46,593 bases of DNA, taken from a virus (Duplodnaviria > Caudoviricetes). Shown one piece after another: positions 45,921 to 46,593 of the stretch. The stretch is taken from positions 1 to 46,593 of the IMG/VR virus record IMGVR_UViG_3300027419_000046, one strand, 5' to 3'. A model generated the notes under the pieces. That model saw only the letters and a program-made list of their open reading frames with translations. It did no database searches and was not told where the DNA came from. The stretch's first letter is position 1; every line of letters starts with the position of its first letter. The translations under genes were made by a program, and so were the position numbers.

Positions 45921-46466
45921 TCATCCTATTGCAAACGCTAAAGCTTTATTCACTGGGAACATTTCACCCGTAACCATGTCAAGATAAGATTCTGGATCCT
46001 TGGCTTCCTCAGACACCTGGCCAGGGTTGGCAACTGGTTCTGTGAAACAGGCGCATAATGGGTGTAATGGTGGCCATCGTATCTTGTCATTTATTTTATA
46101 CGGACCTTCACGTGCACTTTTTTTACAAAACTGGCAGGTTTTATTCCATCCAGTATTGACTAACTCAAATTCTTCAATACCATAATTAACATAGGACATG
46201 TTTATGCCTTGGTGCCGGGCTCTGGATGATTCTGTAATGGCTTGGAGTTTGGCACGTTCTGCAATGGTCCAGGTTCGTTTGCCATGGGTGATTGGTTGTA
46301 AGTCTTTTACTTTTTCAATTCTACTGGCAATCTCTTTCATCCCACGGTCCCGAGCCACCCCCTGCCAGACTTCCCGACGGACACCATCCGCCAGGTCATC
46401 GGTTAGTTTACGGATTAATCCAAAATTATAGTTTGTGAGATGGAACATTGCATTTGTATCAGCTGC
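45921..46466 (-). CDS. Minor head protein (SPP1 gp7/MuF-like), C-terminal part
   Basis: ERA...A.TE..RA...G, TCQFC, PPLHPLCAC. Confidence 0.88.
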   Translation of the reverse strand, partial: AADTNAMFHLTNYNFGLIRKLTDDLADGVRREVWQGVARDRGMKEIASRIEKVKDLQPITHGKRTWTIAERAKLQAITESSRARHQGINMSYVNYGIEEFELVNTGWNKTCQFCKKSAREGPYKINDKIRWPPLHPLCACFTEPVANPGQVSEEAKDPESYLDMVTGEMFPVNKALAFAIG

Positions 46467-46593
46467 ACCTAGAAATGATTCTACCCCTATCTGACTGAAA
46501 CCTGCATTTTTCCCAGCAGTGTAGAACTTCTCCGTATATGTTTTGATGTCTGGGATGGATTCTTGGATGATGTTATCAATATCTGGGTAGATC
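46467..46593. repeat. Terminal direct repeat, copy 2
   Basis: Identical to 1-127. Confidence 0.95.

Noticed and set aside
45600-46466. MuF polymorphic toxin with immunity gene
   Set aside because: Only ~40 aa follow the HPxCxC motif, too short for a recognisable toxin domain; the HExxH neighbour is a common small phage protein type.

Overview
The window is an apparently complete, circular ~46,466-bp genome of a temperate head-tail archaeal virus. Bases 1-127 repeat exactly at 46467-46593, and a MuF-type head gene reads through that junction. It has a contractile tail (sheath, tube, tape measure, baseplate J). Host is inferred to be a pseudomurein-walled methanogen (Methanobacteriales, probably Methanobacterium), based on a PCNA gene, an MCM-like winged-helix domain, TATA/BRE promoters, GGAGGTGA-type SD motifs, a C39 (PeiR-like) endolysin and a transglutaminase/C71-like baseplate domain. 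Nearly all genes are on the minus strand. Order: packaging and head, tail and baseplate, fibres, endolysin, tyrosine integrase, RHH regulatory switch, candidate origin, a long early operon of small proteins (PCNA, SSB-like, tRNA-Ser, many Zn fingers), then membrane proteins and terminases. No polymerase, helicase or primase is recognisable. The most interesting signals are: (i) a possible replisome-hijacking module (GIY-YIG nuclease fused to an MCM C-terminal winged helix, viral PCNA, three proteins ending in PIP-like QxxL motifs); (ii) two stub mini-ORFs resembling alternative endolysin N-termini upstream of the endolysin; (iii) at least four genes that seem to start at ATT/ATC/CTG; (iv) a -1 tail-chaperone frameshift; (v) a duplicated promoter-operator beside an iteron/(TAA)11 origin candidate. 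All family assignments are motif recognition by eye; no searches were run.
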